From Eledone cirrhosa (Eukaryota): DNA of 64,000 nt. Of the stretch, positions 40,611 through 55,058 are shown piece by piece. Numbering within the stretch: the stretch's first letter is position 1; the number at the start of each line of letters is the position of its first letter. Both the position numbers and the translations under genes were made by a program. Below the pieces are notes generated by a model. The model saw nothing but the letters and a program-made list of their open reading frames with translations, was not told the DNA's origin and searched no databases. The stretch lies in the NCBI GenBank assembly GCA_964016885.1, contig OZ024740.1:327918001-327982000 (forward strand). The letters run 5' to 3'.

Positions 40611-41647
40611 TCTTTACAAGGTCGATTCGCGGTAGCTTTCGTTGGTAATCGATATTCGATACACATCTCGCCCCTTCCGTTAATGATTTCTCGTTTGGGG
40701 CCACTGACAGTCTTCCCGGAAGATGCTTCAACAAAATCTCTCGTATCGACGCCCGCCACCCACAGAGATTGCGTTGTATTCGTGTTAGCTTTCTTTCATA
40801 ACCAACATTCAATGCGGATTACGAGTGAGTTACAATACAATATTTCGTATCGGGACCCACCTTCTGCAGATGAACTCTTCGCTAGACAAAAATAGGAAAC
40901 AAGACAACTTATATTTCCTTTGTAATGTACACATGTTGACAATCACTTTCATTTAAATATTAGTCGACCTTGTGGTCCCTTGTGGACAGAATGGTGAAGA
41001 CTTTTCCCCGGAGGATGACAAGGGAGATGCACTGGAACATCCACCCCAGATCGCGGGTTTCACTCTTGCGGGTCACCAACTCCGCCTCAATAGTAGTGAA
41101 TAGGAGTGGGGTTGGGAACATGCATACCCCCCCCCCCCCAAAAAAAAAAACAAAAAAAAAACAACAACATGTGTATGTCTGCATTATCAGCCGGCAGGTA
41201 GGTGTAAGCTAGTAGATACCAATATCGAATGTCTATTACGAACGAAATATGGTATCAGCCGGCAAGGAGGTGTAAGACAGCAGATATGCCAATATTGAAT
41301 GTCAGCTATGATCGAATGGACAAAATTTGAATTGGATCATCTTGCGGAAATGCATTGAAGTATAAGACCCGAGAAACCGTATTAAATATCAGTTACGAAC
41401 GAAAGCTGTCACGAATACAAACCTTAAAACAAAATCTGGGCGATATTGTGTTGTAATATCTTTCCAAAAGGCCTTATCAGTGGCGACAGCCATGTGTAAG
41501 GGGCGAGACACCCGTATAGAATATCAGTTACGAAATAAAGCTACCTCAATCTGCATGATGGGCAGACAATTATGAAATCATATTTTTTTAATAGCTAGGA
41601 ATAGCAGCCAATTGCGGATGGCCGGCATGTGTGTGCACGCGCCTGCG

Positions 41648-42031
<384 letters not shown>

Positions 42032-42699
42032 TTATAATAATACACACGTTGGTTGACCTGGGGTTAAACAATACAATATCAACGACTAGTGGACAAATGA
42101 GTATTTACTATGCGCGACCTTCTAGATATAGCAGCCAAATAGTCCTCAACTGACACCCTACTTAAGAAAGAGATGTTGGATTATACTGTTTTTGCTGTTC
42201 TAGATACACTCACTATGTCTAAACTAACAAAAAGGTAAATAATAGACTTGATGGCCACAGCTGGAATGCTTTTCATAAGCGGCTATCACTGAAAGCAAGC
42301 CTCTTCCTTCATCAAGTCACGTAATCGGCTAGAAATAGCAGTTAAATTTCCTTCAAACCATCTAAAAAAACAACAAAAAAAAAAGAACCACGTCAAATAA
42401 TTTAGTCTCGGGATGGTCATAACTGTAACGTCTTTAAGCATACGTTCTACAAGATCAGATATTTATTTCTTGTACTCGGCTCTAATGGGTGTGTGTGTGT
42501 GTGCGCGCGTGTGTGTTTGTGTGTGTGTGTGAGTGCATGCGTGCGTGTGTGTGTGTCCGTGTCCAAGTTTAGGTTTACAACAATTAAGAAGAAAATTATG
42601 AAATTTTTCAATGGTTACATTCATAATTGTCTAGGTATGGTGGTCCATGGGAGATAACTCTATGTAACATTCTCCTCCATTTCAAATTGTTTTTCTGAT

Positions 42700-43566
42700 C
42701 CCAACGAAGTTATTTTTGCTTTTTATCCTTACGGTGTCGATTTAATCGATTTTCTCCATCCCAACAATTGTTAGCCTTGTACCTAAATCAGAAAACATAT
42801 TAATGATTTCTACTATGGGCACAATGCCAGTAATTTTGAGGAGGACGGTGAAGTCGAATAAATCGATTCCAGTTCGTTACTGGTACTTTAGTTTAGCAAC
42901 CCCGTAAGGATGAAAGGCGTAGCTAACCTCGACGGGATTTGAACTCAGATTGTAAAGGGGCATAACCCTATGCCGTAAAGCATGTAGAGCAAAGCATAAT
43001 AATTGTTTCTACTTTTGGCACAAAGCCAGCAATTATTCCAGTGCTTTACTGGTACTTTATTTTATCGACCCCGTAAAGATGAAGGCAAAGTTAACCTCGG
43101 CGGGATTTGAACTCAGACCGCAAAGGGACGTAACTATGTTGGAAAGCATGGCGTCCTACTTTCTACCGATACTGCCAATCCACGTCTAAGGTAGAGCGTC
43201 GGACAACATGCTTTGTGGCATAGAGTCACGGCCCTTTGCGTTCTGATTTCAAATCCCGCCGAGGTTAGTTTTGTCTTTCATTCTTACGAGGGCGATAAAA
43301 TGAAGTACCAGTAACGCACTGGAGTTGATTTAATCGACTTTCCCTTTCTCCCAAATTGCTGGCCTTGTACCTATATAAGAAACCATGGGATTAGCAGTAT
43401 CGGTAGAGGGTCGGACGCCATGCTTTGCAGCAAAGAGTTATGGCCCTTTAAGGTATGAATTCAAATCCTGCCGAGGTTAACTTTGCCTTTCATCCATACG
43501 AGGTCGATAAAATAAAGTACCAGTAATGTACTGGGTTTTGGTGGCCTTGTGCCAAAAGTAGAAACA

Positions 43567-43567
<1 letters not shown>
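42700..43567. mobile_element. Cluster of about 5 tRNA-SINE copies in mixed orientation
   Basis: Repeated GTTCAAATCC.GCCGAGGTTAACTTTGCCTTTCATCC motif on both strands. Confidence 0.85.
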
Positions 43568-43605
<38 letters not shown>

Positions 43606-46023
43606 GTTCTTTGAGTCTCAGTCATTGATGTTAGTTAACTGGAAAGTTTGTTGAAATGAATATCAAGCCACTACCTGCAGCCTCAGATATTCAGGACGTA
43701 TCGGAGGGTTCTTGCTGTTCCCAGAAAGCATGCCTTTTGAAGCGTTCCAAAAAGCGTGAAGGGGCCAATTTTCTTTAACCATCCCTGGAAACTTTTGGAG
43801 ATAGTCCCCAGTGCGCCTATGACAATCGGGATCACTTTGACTTCATGGCAGTTCCAAATCCTTTTTACCTCCCACTTTAAGTCCTGGTATCGGTTAATTT
43901 TCTCCCTCTCCTTCTCTTGCACTCTCGTGTCGAATGGGCAGGCCACATCCACAATCAGGCAATATCTTTTTTCTTTGTCCACAACCACCAGGTCAGGTCT
44001 ATTGTGTTCCAGTTTCTTGTCCGTCTGTATCCTAAAATCCCACAGCACCTTCACCTGATCGTTTTCTATCACCGACTCTGGCTTATGCTCATACCACTTC
44101 TCAGAATGTGGTAAATTGTTTACTTTGCATAGGTGCCAGTGGATCACCCTGCCCATCACATCATGTCTCCAGCCCTTATGGTGAGTCTGGGCTAGGTGTT
44201 TACACTCGGATACAATGTGAGCCACAGTCTCCTCTCTCTCTCCACAGATCCTCCTTGTAAATATGGTGTTTCAACCACTTCGTTTTGAGGGCCTGCTCCT
44301 GCGCAGCCATTAACATTCCTTCTGTAGCCTTTCTAAGGGCTCCTCTTTTCAACCAGTTCCATGTCTGTGGATCTCTAAATTCAGATTTCTCAAAGAAGGT
44401 ACTATGAAGGGATTTTTCCTGAAGGCTGCTCTTTCTCCTTGATGTTATTTCCTCCTTGGACATCCCCTGGCCTATTGTCCCCTCCTTCAGTACAGTTCTG
44501 AGCATTGGCTCCTTACTATCAGTCACGTATTTGTGTAGGTTGTTTTTCTCCATCTGAACACAGTCCTCTATGCTGATAAGACCTCTTCCACCTTCAGATC
44601 TCCTTAAGTAGAGTCTATCGACATAACTCCTCTTGTGGAACATGTTGTAGATAGTCAATAGCTTCCTAGTCTTCCTATCCATTTCTTTTTGTTCAGCAGC
44701 ATTCCATCTCAGAATTCCCGCACTGTACCTAATAATAGACACAGCTCGGGAATTTACTGCACTTATGGCATTCCTACTGTTCAGATGTGACTTTAATACG
44801 CTCCTTACTCTCCAAATGTATTCAGTTCTTATCAATTCCTTCATTTTTTTGTTCTTGATATCATCAGCCTCCAGAACACCCAAATACTTGTATCCTTCTT
44901 CAGAGTCAATTTCCTTTATCATCTCACCTGTTGGTACCTGGATTCCGTTACTTCTGCTCAATTTACCCCTCTTCATCACAATGACTCCACACTTACTAAT
45001 ACCAAATTGCATACATATATCATTGCTGAAAATACGGACAGTGTCAACAAGCACATCCAACTCCTTCTCACTCTTCCCGAAGAGCTTAAGATCGTCCATG
45101 AAGAGGAGGTGATTGATGGTAAGCCCTCCCTTTCCCAACCTGTATCCTGCTCTCACTTTTCGCAGTACACTGGTCAGGGGCATGAGGGCAAGGACAAACA
45201 ACAGAGGGGACAGACTATCTCCCTGGAAGATACCTCTCTTGATCTTCACGCTTCCCAAGGATTCTCCAGTTGATGTTAACTCTGTTTCCCAGGACTTCAT
45301 ACTTTTGCCCAACAACTGTCTGATGTTATCTGCCACCTTGAAGATTCCAGGCTTTTGGTGATCCAAGAATGAGGCCCCATGTCAAATGCCTTTTTGTAGT
45401 CTATCCATCCCATGGCAAGACCAGTGTGTCTCCTCTTGCAATTCCTCATTACCATCTTATCAATAAGTAACTGGTCCTTTGTACCACGTGACTTCTTTCG
45501 GCATCCTTTCTGTTCGTCTGGTAACAAGTTGTTTGTGTGGAGGTGATGGTAGATTTCCTCAGACACAATGCTTGTCAACAGTTTCCACATTACGGACAGA
45601 CATGTGATAGGTCTATAGTTGGTAACATCATTACCCTTGATTCGGTCTTTCATTACCAGAACTGTGGTACCTTTTGTCAACCACTCTGTTACCTCACCTG
45701 ACATCAAGCAGTCATTGAACATGGTTGTCAGTTTCGGGTGGAGGGATGTTATATTTTTAATCCAATACCCCTGCACACCATCTGGGCCTGGTGATTTCCA
45801 GTTGGTTAGTTTTTTGGCCTGCCCCTTAAGAGTTTCAACTGTGATACTCAAATCAGTTTGTTGGTGTGCCTGTTCACTAATCTCCTTCTGTAGTCTCAAT
45901 CCACACTGCCTGGTCATTATGTTTAACATCCTGCTCCCATATTCCTCTCCAGAATGTTTTAGTTTGTTCCGCCTCAGGGATCAAGTCGTTGCCTCTTTCT
46001 TTCCCTTCAAGCTGTCCAAACAG

Positions 46024-46024
<1 letters not shown>
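43606..46024 (-). mobile_element. R4/Dong-clade LINE (RT + restriction-like endonuclease), 5'-truncated, 2 frameshifts
   Basis: NYRPITCL, WIDYKKAFD, FQGDSLSPLLF, FMDDLKL, RHD, NRPD..D..EKINRY; flanked on both sides by (ATT)n. Confidence 0.95.
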
Positions 46025-46089
<65 letters not shown>

Positions 46090-49000
46090 TAAAGAAAAAG
46101 AAGCCTAAAAAGAAAAAAATCCTCTTCCTTCCCCCTCCAAAAACAAAATACAGAGGGAAACAAATAAACTATCAAACAAAAAAGTTAGGACAGATATGCC
46201 ACCATCCACACCAGCATCACCAACCCCATCACCACAAACACCAACACCATCACCAGCATTAACCCCAACACCACCATCACCAACACCACAAAAGTCACCA
46301 AAAAGCGTAACAGAAACAAACCCACAACAAAACAAAACAAAACAACCAAAACGATACACACTACACAGCATTAAATTTGAACAAAAACCAATTATTACAC
46401 TACATCCAACACAACAACAGCATCACAGAAAAAGACTACACAACAACCCAAAAGTTCACACCAACTCCACACATACAAATCACTCGCATGACACAGAAAA
46501 CGTACACGACACTAAAACAAAAATTTCCCAAAGACATCGGAGACTTCCGACAAGCACTCTCCAGGAGGATTTATAAGGACATCCTTCCGGAGGAGGCCAC
46601 AAGCAGTGAAAAGGATGGAGAAACCATCCTGCCTCTACGAGAAGTAAGGTAAGTGGTCTTTCCCATCTTTTCCACTCCTTTTCAACATGACCTCACTCAG
46701 AATAGGCAGCATAAATGCGTGTGGCTTGGGGTCGTCATGGAAGCAGGGCCACCTGCTCAGCGACCTCAGGTCACTAAACATAGATGTAGTGGCCATCAGC
46801 GAGACCAGAATCTCCGAAGAACGGGCCTTCGCACCGATCTTCGGCGGCTACGATGTGTACGCATCTCCCAACCGTCCTGGATCGGGGGAGGGGAGGAGTT
46901 GCTGTGCTTTTTCGGAGAGATTTGGATCTCGCCATACGGGCCATCTTCCTGGACCCAGATGTAAGTTGGTGGTGCTGGACGTGACCAGCGGAGACGGGCA
47001 AGCTTTCAGGCTAGTGGCCGTCTATGCCCCGACAGGAGCAGGGCGGCCTGATTTCTTCCGCCGTCTGGAGACCTTTCTTGGAACGTCCCGCTCTTTAGTG
47101 TAAGTAGGCGACTGGAACGGGATCTTAGATGCACGCTGGGACTGTATGGGATTAGCGGATAGGGGAGGAGGGTGCAAGAGCCTCACCAACCTGCTCAGGC
47201 GTTTTGAACTGTCTGAAAGGTACCGATTGGATTTCCCGAATGTGCCAATCTGGACTTGAACAAACCACATCGGGTCATCCAGATCATATCTAGATAGAGT
47301 ATTTTGTAGGGAAATAGATAGGTCTAGCATAGGCTGTCCACAATTCAAGATAGTCAGCTACACGGACCACAAATTCGTGATCTGTGTGATTGACTTAGAT
47401 AGGCTTCATAGACAAGGACCCGGCTACTGGAAGCTACAGCGCGCAAGACCTACAGAGACCGGATTAGCGAACTAGTTAAGCGGGCGTTGACGGGGTCCAT
47501 CGTCAACAAGTGGTGGTTTGCTCTGAAAAGAGCGATTAGAATGGAGTCCATTAGGTTTAGTAAGGCTTTAGCTATAGAGAAAAATAGAGCAGAGGGAGAA
47601 CTAGTTAGAAAATTAGACGAGGCGCTTAGCAAAGGCATCGCGACCGACGTACTTGCGGCGTAATTGGCCCTTGACCAATTCTTCAATGCAAAGCACGAAG
47701 GCTGCGTTGTCAGAGCTAGGGTGTGTGCTCTCAGACACGAGGGGACGAAAGCCGTTCAATGGGCCCGAGAGGCGGAGGCGCGTCGTGGCAACAAAGCCAC
47801 GATCCGGTCTTTGGTGGACCACGACGGGCGCATGCTACTCGATCCCGGGAAAATGTGTGAAGCTTTTCAGCGACACTTCGCTCAGCTGTTCGGGGGCAGC
47901 GGCGGGCCAGATCGAGGGATGGACTTTAGTGTCTACCTCGACGGACTGCCTCGGCTCTCGGCGACTGAGGCGGAGTGTTGCGAAAAGCCGATAACAGCCG
48001 CTGAAGTACGGGAAGCAATGACTGGCTGCACAAGGGGTAAATCGCCTGGTTTGGATGGTCTGCCCTATGAACTTTACGTACAGATGCCAGACTTGTTCGG
48101 AGGCCTCTTGGCGGACGTCTACTGCAACTGGCAACAGAACGGGAGAATTCCCAGCTCTGTGAGCCGAGAAGCGGTGGCACTGCTGAGAAAGGATCCGAAC
48201 AAGGGGGATAACATAGATAATTTCAGGCCCATAACTCTGCTAAACACAGAGTTCAAGATTTTGGCCAAGGTGCTAGCAAAGAGGTTGGCGCTTGTCGTTG
48301 GTGGTCTGGTGGAAGAGGCGCAGACGTGCGCCATTCCCGACAGATCCATCCACGACAACCTCCACCTCATGCGATACATCGTAGAGAGGGTAGCTAGGGA
48401 ACCTGGCACGGGTGGTCCTTGATCAATTTAGATCAGTCGAAAGCTTTCGATAGGGTCGACCATCGTTACCTAGCGGCAGTCCTGAGGGCGGCTGGCTTTG
48501 AGCCCGTCTTCAGAGGCTGGATCGCTGCCATGCACAGCGACATCTGCTCTGTGGTGAGAGTGAACGGTCACCTTTCGGAACCGTTCAACATCATGCGCTC
48601 GGTCCCTCTTGTATGTATTGACTCTCGAGCCATTACTGCACAAACTGGAGACGTTGAGGGGGGTCCCGCGCGAATTAGGATGCGGAAGATCCGTGTCAGC
48701 ATATGCGGACGATGTCACCGTAGTGGTGTCGAACGCCAAACACATCGAGGCGATCGGCACTACACTAAGAGAATACGAAGCGGTGACAGGAGCAATAATC
48801 AACCAGGAAAAGTCAGTGGGCCTGCAGCTCGGCACCTGGAGAGGCAGGTCCATGCCGTCCAACAGCGTCGTCGGGCGCTGGACGGACGGACCGGTTAAAT
48901 TGCTCGGGGTCTGGTTCGGTCCGGATCTCCAGACGGACAAAAACTAGGACGAGGTGACGAGCAGGGTGGCTTCTCTCACCCAGAAATGGGCCGAGAGGAA

Positions 49001-50316
49001 GCTATCCCTGAAAGGTCGAGTGGAGGTGGCTAACGCGTACATCGCGTCCGTCATCTACTACCGCCTGACCGTCGTACCTTGTCCTAAGCCCCGCCTGACT
49101 GCGCTGGAGCGTTTGCTCTTTCGCTTTTTGTGGAAGGGATGCGCTCCGATGGTCAGGCGGTCCATCTGCTGTCAACACCCGCTGCGTGGAGGGCTGGGCA
49201 TGCCGTGGCTGATGATGCGCAGGCACGCGCTCAGGCTACGACATCTCCACCTCTTCCTCGACGGTGATCAGGTGTGGTCGCCGTTTGCTAGACACGTATT
49301 TCCCAGCTTGTTTCCTTGACGGAGCTGCAGTCCTGGGTCAAGCGAAGACCGAGAGGGAGCGCCTGGAGACTGGAATGTCTTCAGGCGCTCACAGCCCTCG
49401 ACCAATCGGGCAATGTGATCAGTGGAAACTCCACCTCGGCGTTCTATAGAGGATTAGTGGAGGGGAAGAGCGACGACGTACTTGGGGAAACTCTAGGCGT
49501 CGACGAAAATCAACTAGCCAATCTCTTCGGAAGAACTTTCGGGCCAGGGCCTATGGACAACTTCCAGAAATCTCTGGCCTGGCAGTGCTACCGAGGAGCC
49601 TTGCCAGTTCGGGATAAACTCTACAGGCGTGGAGGTGCCGTCAGCCGGGCATGTCCGAGATGCGCGCAGGGCGACGAAACCGTCCTGCACGCACTCGTCC
49701 AGTGTCCGAAAATTGCTGACTTGTGGGTTTATGTCGAACACCTGCTGTCGCGTTTAGGACGGATCCGGCTATCATCTGAGTCCATCGTGAGGATTGCCCC
49801 GCCCTCCTCCTTTAGCCGGGAAGGGCAGGCAGTTTTCATCTGTCTGGTGGCCATGGCGAAAGATAGTATGGTGGACACGTTTGAAAGGGCTGAAGACGAG
49901 CACTTACCTCTTCGGTGATGCTCTGATTGACTTTTTCAAATTTCATTTGAAAAGGAAAATCAGAGTAGAGAGGGAAGTGCTCTCTTCCCAGCATTTTGTT
50001 GAAAGATGGGTGAGAGAAGCAAGAATGGCACGAGTGAATGGGCCTACTCTGAGTATATATCTGTAAATTAAAGGTGGAAAACTGGGAGAGGGCACTTGCC
50101 TTGGTGGTCAGGGTCATTGTGGCTTTTTACTGGGCTTTCTCCACAAATGTCCCTCCGAAGTCTCCCTCCTATTGGGGAATTTTTCATTGTTATTTTTTGT
50201 TACATCCTCTGTTTTTGTTTTTTACACGCAGAAATGCCCATTTGTACCGTCCTGTATTGTCCTGCACTGTCCTTAATGTCTACTTTATGTAAACCCTTGT
50301 GGTTAATAAAGAAATC
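46090..50316 (+). mobile_element. L1/Tx1-clade LINE: ORF1 3' part and decayed ORF2 (APE-RT-zinc finger)
   Basis: SINACGL..AISET, GDWN, YLDR, YTDH (APE); KSPGLDGL, NFRPITLLN, DQSKAFD, AYADD (RT); CPRC..ETVLHALVQC; AATAAA at 50305 followed by (ATT)n. Confidence 0.95.
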
Positions 50317-50334
50317 ATTATTATTATTATTATT

Positions 50335-52740
50335 TGCATTTATCTTGCTTTATGTTTATACGAGTTATCACCAAGTCACAACCAGTGACCTCAAGAGACA
50401 ACAAGGTCCGCCATGTTCAAGAAAGAACATACATATTCACACATGCATCCTTAGTGTTTAGATTTGTGATGTACTTATATTGACAGGATCTTCCTTAGTA
50501 TATGGGCAGTTCCCATTAGTACTATCTTTTGTATTTCTCCTATACGCGGGTTTCCTGGGATTTGCGATAAGTAGTCGTTAGACCCCTTAGGTATCATTCC
50601 CAGAGCGCCTACAACCACTGGTATTGTTTTAGTTCTCAATTTCCACATTTTTCCAATTTCTATCTCCAGGTCCTTATACTTGCTCAATTTTTCAAATGTT
50701 TTTATAGATACATTCTTGTCTATTGGAACAGACATATCAATTAGCAGGCATACCCTCCTTTGAAAGTCCTTCAATATTATATCAGGTCTATTTGCATCTA
50801 TTTTTCGGTCTGTTTGGATGCTAAAGTTCCACAAGATTGAGATGTGATCTTTTTCAAGTATGGGAGGTGGTTGATGCTCCCACCAATTCTTTTGATGGGG
50901 CAGGTCAAAATGCTTACACATTATCCAATGTATGTATTGTGCAGCTCTGTCATGCCTGTTTAGGTATTCGGTTGGAGCTATAGGACTGCACATTGAAATT
51001 ATATGGTCAATGGTCTCTGGTTGTTTTTTGCATACACGGCATAATGGGCTGCACCCATTTTTTGTTATGTTGGCTTGGTAATTTTTTGTTGGCAGACACT
51101 GATCTTGTGCCGATATAATCAGTCCTTCAGTCTCCGATTTCAGTCCAGAGGATGCCAACCACTGATGGGTTAAAGTTTTGTCAACATCAGGATTGTTAGC
51201 TCGTTCTGGGTATTTTCCATACAGAGGCTTTTCTTGCCATTTCTTAGCCAGTTTCTGTAGCAGTTCTTTCTTTGCAGTTACTTTTACCTGCTTTGCTTTT
51301 TCTGTTTTCCATTTCAGCAGTAAATGGGACTTCTGAAATTTGTAGTCCATTACTGTATCTTTGTGCATCTTTTGTAATGGAATATGATCTTTTGGTGCTT
51401 TCGTGTTTCAAAACGAGTTTGATCATCCAATCATGTGATTCCCTTAGATATGTGGATAATCCAATTGTTGCAGTTTTCAACGCAATGTCTAACTGGATTA
51501 ACCCACGTCCTCCTTCTTTCCTAGGGAGATATATTCTATCTATGTCTGCCTTAGGGTGATGCATTCTGTGCATGGTTAAGAATTTTCGGATTTTTGTATC
51601 GAGCCTACGGATCTCTGTGCTTGACCAGTTGATGACATTGTAACTGTAGGTTACTACTGGTATGGCAAGCGTGTTTATGGCAAGCGTGTTTATGGCATCG
51701 ATCCTATTCCTTGCATTCAATTCCGTTCTTAAGATTGCTCTGACTCTGCGGTAACATTCCTTCCTTATCCTTTCCCTCATTGTCGAGTGCTTGATTCCGT
51801 CTCCTTCACAAACACCTAGATATTTGTAAGTTTTTTCTTGATCAAGCTCTCTTATCACGTTCCCCCGATCAAGATTAATGTCTGAACTCTTCAGCAGCTT
51901 TCCTCTGGTGAACGTTGCTTTGGCGCATTTATCCAGTCCAAACTCCATTTTAATGTCATCACTGAACTGCTTCACAGTGGATAATAGCCCTTGCAATTGT
52001 TCATCATTTTTTGCAAATAGTTTCAGGTCATCCATGTAGAACAGGTGATTAATGGTTTTGTCATAGACTCTATATCCATGTTTTGTTTCATTGAGCATTT
52101 TACTTAATGGTATAAGTGCGATGCAGAATAAAAGCGGTGATAAAGAGTCACCCTGAAAATTTCCACAATTAATGTTAACTTCTCCAGCTTCCAGTGATTT
52201 TGTTTCACTATTCAAAAGGAGTGTCGTTCTCCATGTCCTCATACTGAATGACAAAAGCCTCCTGACAACGGGGAATATTTTGAAAATCTCTAAACATTTT
52301 TCAATCCAACTGTGTGGCAAACTATCGAATGCTTTTTTATAATCTATCCAAGCAATCGATAGATTTTTGTGTCTATTATGACAATCTTCCAGTATCATTT
52401 TGTTAACCAGAAGCTGATCCTTACAGCCATATGAGCCTCGTTTACACCCTTTCTGCTCAATGGGAAATAGGTCATTTGTTATCAGGTGGTCATATGTGTA
52501 TTCAGTTAGGACTGATGTTAAAATTTTATACATTGTGGTCAAGCAGGTTATCGGTCTGTAATTTTTGGGATTGTTTGTCTCATCATTCTTCGGTAGCAGG
52601 AATGTAATGCCGTTAACTAGCCATGATGGTATCTTTTCTGGCTCCTTAACTATTTCATTGTAAAGTTGGGCTAACAGCTCATGAGACTCTGTGAAGGCAT
52701 TTATCCAAAAGTTTTGTATTTTGTCTTTTCCTGGGGATTT
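50335..52740 (-). mobile_element. Second, divergent R4/Dong-clade LINE, 5'-truncated, 1 frameshift
   Basis: WIDYKKAFDS, QGDSLSPLLF, YMDDLKL, CRVC..ETIDHIISMC, RHD, NRPD..D..EKLSKY; flanked by (ATT)n and (CTT)n(ATT)n. Confidence 0.95.
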
Positions 52741-52755
52741 CTTCTTCTTCTTCTT

Positions 52756-52786
<31 letters not shown>

Positions 52787-53045
52787 TTATTATTATTATT
52801 ATTATCATTATTATTATTATTATTATTATTATCAAAGGGTGGTGGATTGGCAGTATCGGTAGAGAGTCGGACGCCATGCTTTGACGCATAGAGTTACGGC
52901 TCTTGCCATTCTCAGTTCAAATCTCGCCGAGGTTAACTTTGCCTTTCATCCTTACGGGGTCGATAAAATAAAGTACCAGTAATGCACTGGGTAATTGCTG
53001 GCCTAGTGCCAAAAGTAGAAACAATTATTATTATTATCATTATCA

Positions 53046-53400
53046 TCATCTGTCTAGTGGCCATGGCAAAAGAGATTGTGTGATGAACACACTTGAAAGG
53101 GTTGAGGATAGGCACATTCCTCTTTGGCGAAGTCCTGATTAACTTTTTTCAAATTTCCCTTGAAGAGGTAAACCGATGTAGAGAATTAAGTGTTCCCTCC
53201 AACTAGTTTGTTGAAAGATAGATGAGAGTTGTGAGCATGGTCCAAGTAAACAGGCCTTCATTGAGTATGTGCCTGTAGATTGAAGGTTGAAGGGGTGACA
53301 ATGGTAATTTGTGATATTCCACCACAAGTAAACCTCGGAAGTCTCCTCGCTATTGTGGAATATATTTTGTTTGAATTATTTACGTCTGTTATATTTTGAA
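53046..53400 (+). mobile_element. Old Tx1 3'-end fragment directly after a SINE (ATT)n tail
   Basis: CATCTGTCTAGTGGCCATGGCAAAAGA matches 49837-49863 and stays colinear downstream. Confidence 0.8.
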
Positions 53401-53464
53401 ACACTTTGAATACACGCACACGCACACACACACGCACACACACACGCGCGCACACACGCACACA

Positions 53465-53566
<102 letters not shown>

Positions 53567-54257
53567 ACTTACACTGTATCGTCCTGTATCAGTGGCATAC
53601 AGAGAACGCATGTTCGGAGCCGAGGCAAGAAAGCTATTGCCCAGCAGGGCTCACGCAGCTGAAGATAACTAGAGAAGGAACGTTCGATGTACATTTTAAG
53701 ATCTTTTTTCTACCTAGAAAAAGGACACTACAGAAAAGAAATTCCTTCTTCAAGCGCACGTGGAATTCAGCTCAATAATACCTCTACCATTTAAATTACC
53801 CGTTAATTAATCTGACACTTCCGCAGCTTAGTTCAATTTAACATTTTTTTTTTTTTAATAATGATATTCTAAATATTTACTTTTGAATTCTTCATGGCTT
53901 TACGTGCTTTCCTATTGAATTACGGAGTTGGATATTGGTTTCGATTATTCTATTTTTTATAGCCTTAATCGCATAGTAGATCATAATATACCGTTTTTAG
54001 GCTAATCCCTGTAGATTCTTTTCAACGAGTTTACTTATGGTTCTTTTCAACCTACTTCTATGCGTACTTCTTGAACTACAATATTTTTATGTGAGCCCAC
54101 AAAAACAACAAGGTGTAAGACAGAAAGAACAAAGGAGAGAGAAAAAGTAACAGCAAATGTAGTCACCGAGGAGGTCACAGAATGTGTGACGTAAGTGCTT
54201 TGACACTCAACAACTAAATAACCATCCAGTTATTAAATTAACCGACAAGGAAATTAT

Positions 54258-54289
<32 letters not shown>

Positions 54290-54296
54290 CCACAGA

Positions 54297-54426
<130 letters not shown>

Positions 54427-54482
54427 CTTCGGGAGAGTCATGCTGCCAATGAAGAATACACGTACCTGTTGTGTTCACTTCC

Positions 54483-54528
<46 letters not shown>

Positions 54529-54659
54529 GAGGTTATATTTAATTTGTTGGGATTCAACAAGCTTAAACATTTTTATAACTGATATAAAGCACTCAACAGA
54601 TAAGTGGAGTAAATACACAATATATTAATAAATGGAAACTATATTTATAAAACCATATT

Positions 54660-54725
54660 TATTTTATTATACATATTTCAAGGGTAACCTAGGCAAATTA
54701 TGGTGCGCTTTCATCAGATAAAATA
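54660..54725 (-). ncRNA. Type I hammerhead ribozyme motif (left-arm copy)
   Basis: Reverse complement of the 54993-55058 motif with 2 substitutions in the stem II region. Confidence 0.7.
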
Positions 54726-54992
54726 CAGATTTGTTTTATAAATAAATATTGACATACCCGGAAAAAAGACAACTTTAACGGTTGGAGCTTCCTGGATAGT
54801 GGAGATAGTACATTTATTGAGGGTGATACAAAATTATGAGTGAGTATGCTAATGAGTGTCCGAAAGGTTGAAAAGATAACGGTTTATTTTATTACCCTCA
54901 ATAAATGTACTATCTCCACTATCCAGGAAGCTCCAACCGTTAAGGTTGTCTTTTTTCCGGGTATGTCAATATTTATTTATAAAACAAATCTG

Positions 54993-55058
54993 TATTTTAT
55001 CTGATGAAAGCGCACCATAATTTGCCTTGGTTGCCCTTGAAATATGTATAATAAAATA
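54993..55058 (+). ncRNA. Type I hammerhead ribozyme motif
   Basis: UAUUUUAU-CUGAUGA-[AAGCGCACCA..UGGUUGCCCUU]-GAA-AUAUGUAU-A^AUAAAAUA: 8-bp stem I, intact core, quasi-palindromic stem III. Confidence 0.75.

Noticed and set aside
46090-50316. Bacterial contamination or HGT suggested by high GC
   Set aside because: Fully explained by a Tx1 LINE with a polyadenylation signal and related fragments elsewhere in the window
51660-51695. AINTL-AINTL duplication in the Dong ORF
   Set aside because: Simple 15-bp slippage duplication in a dead copy
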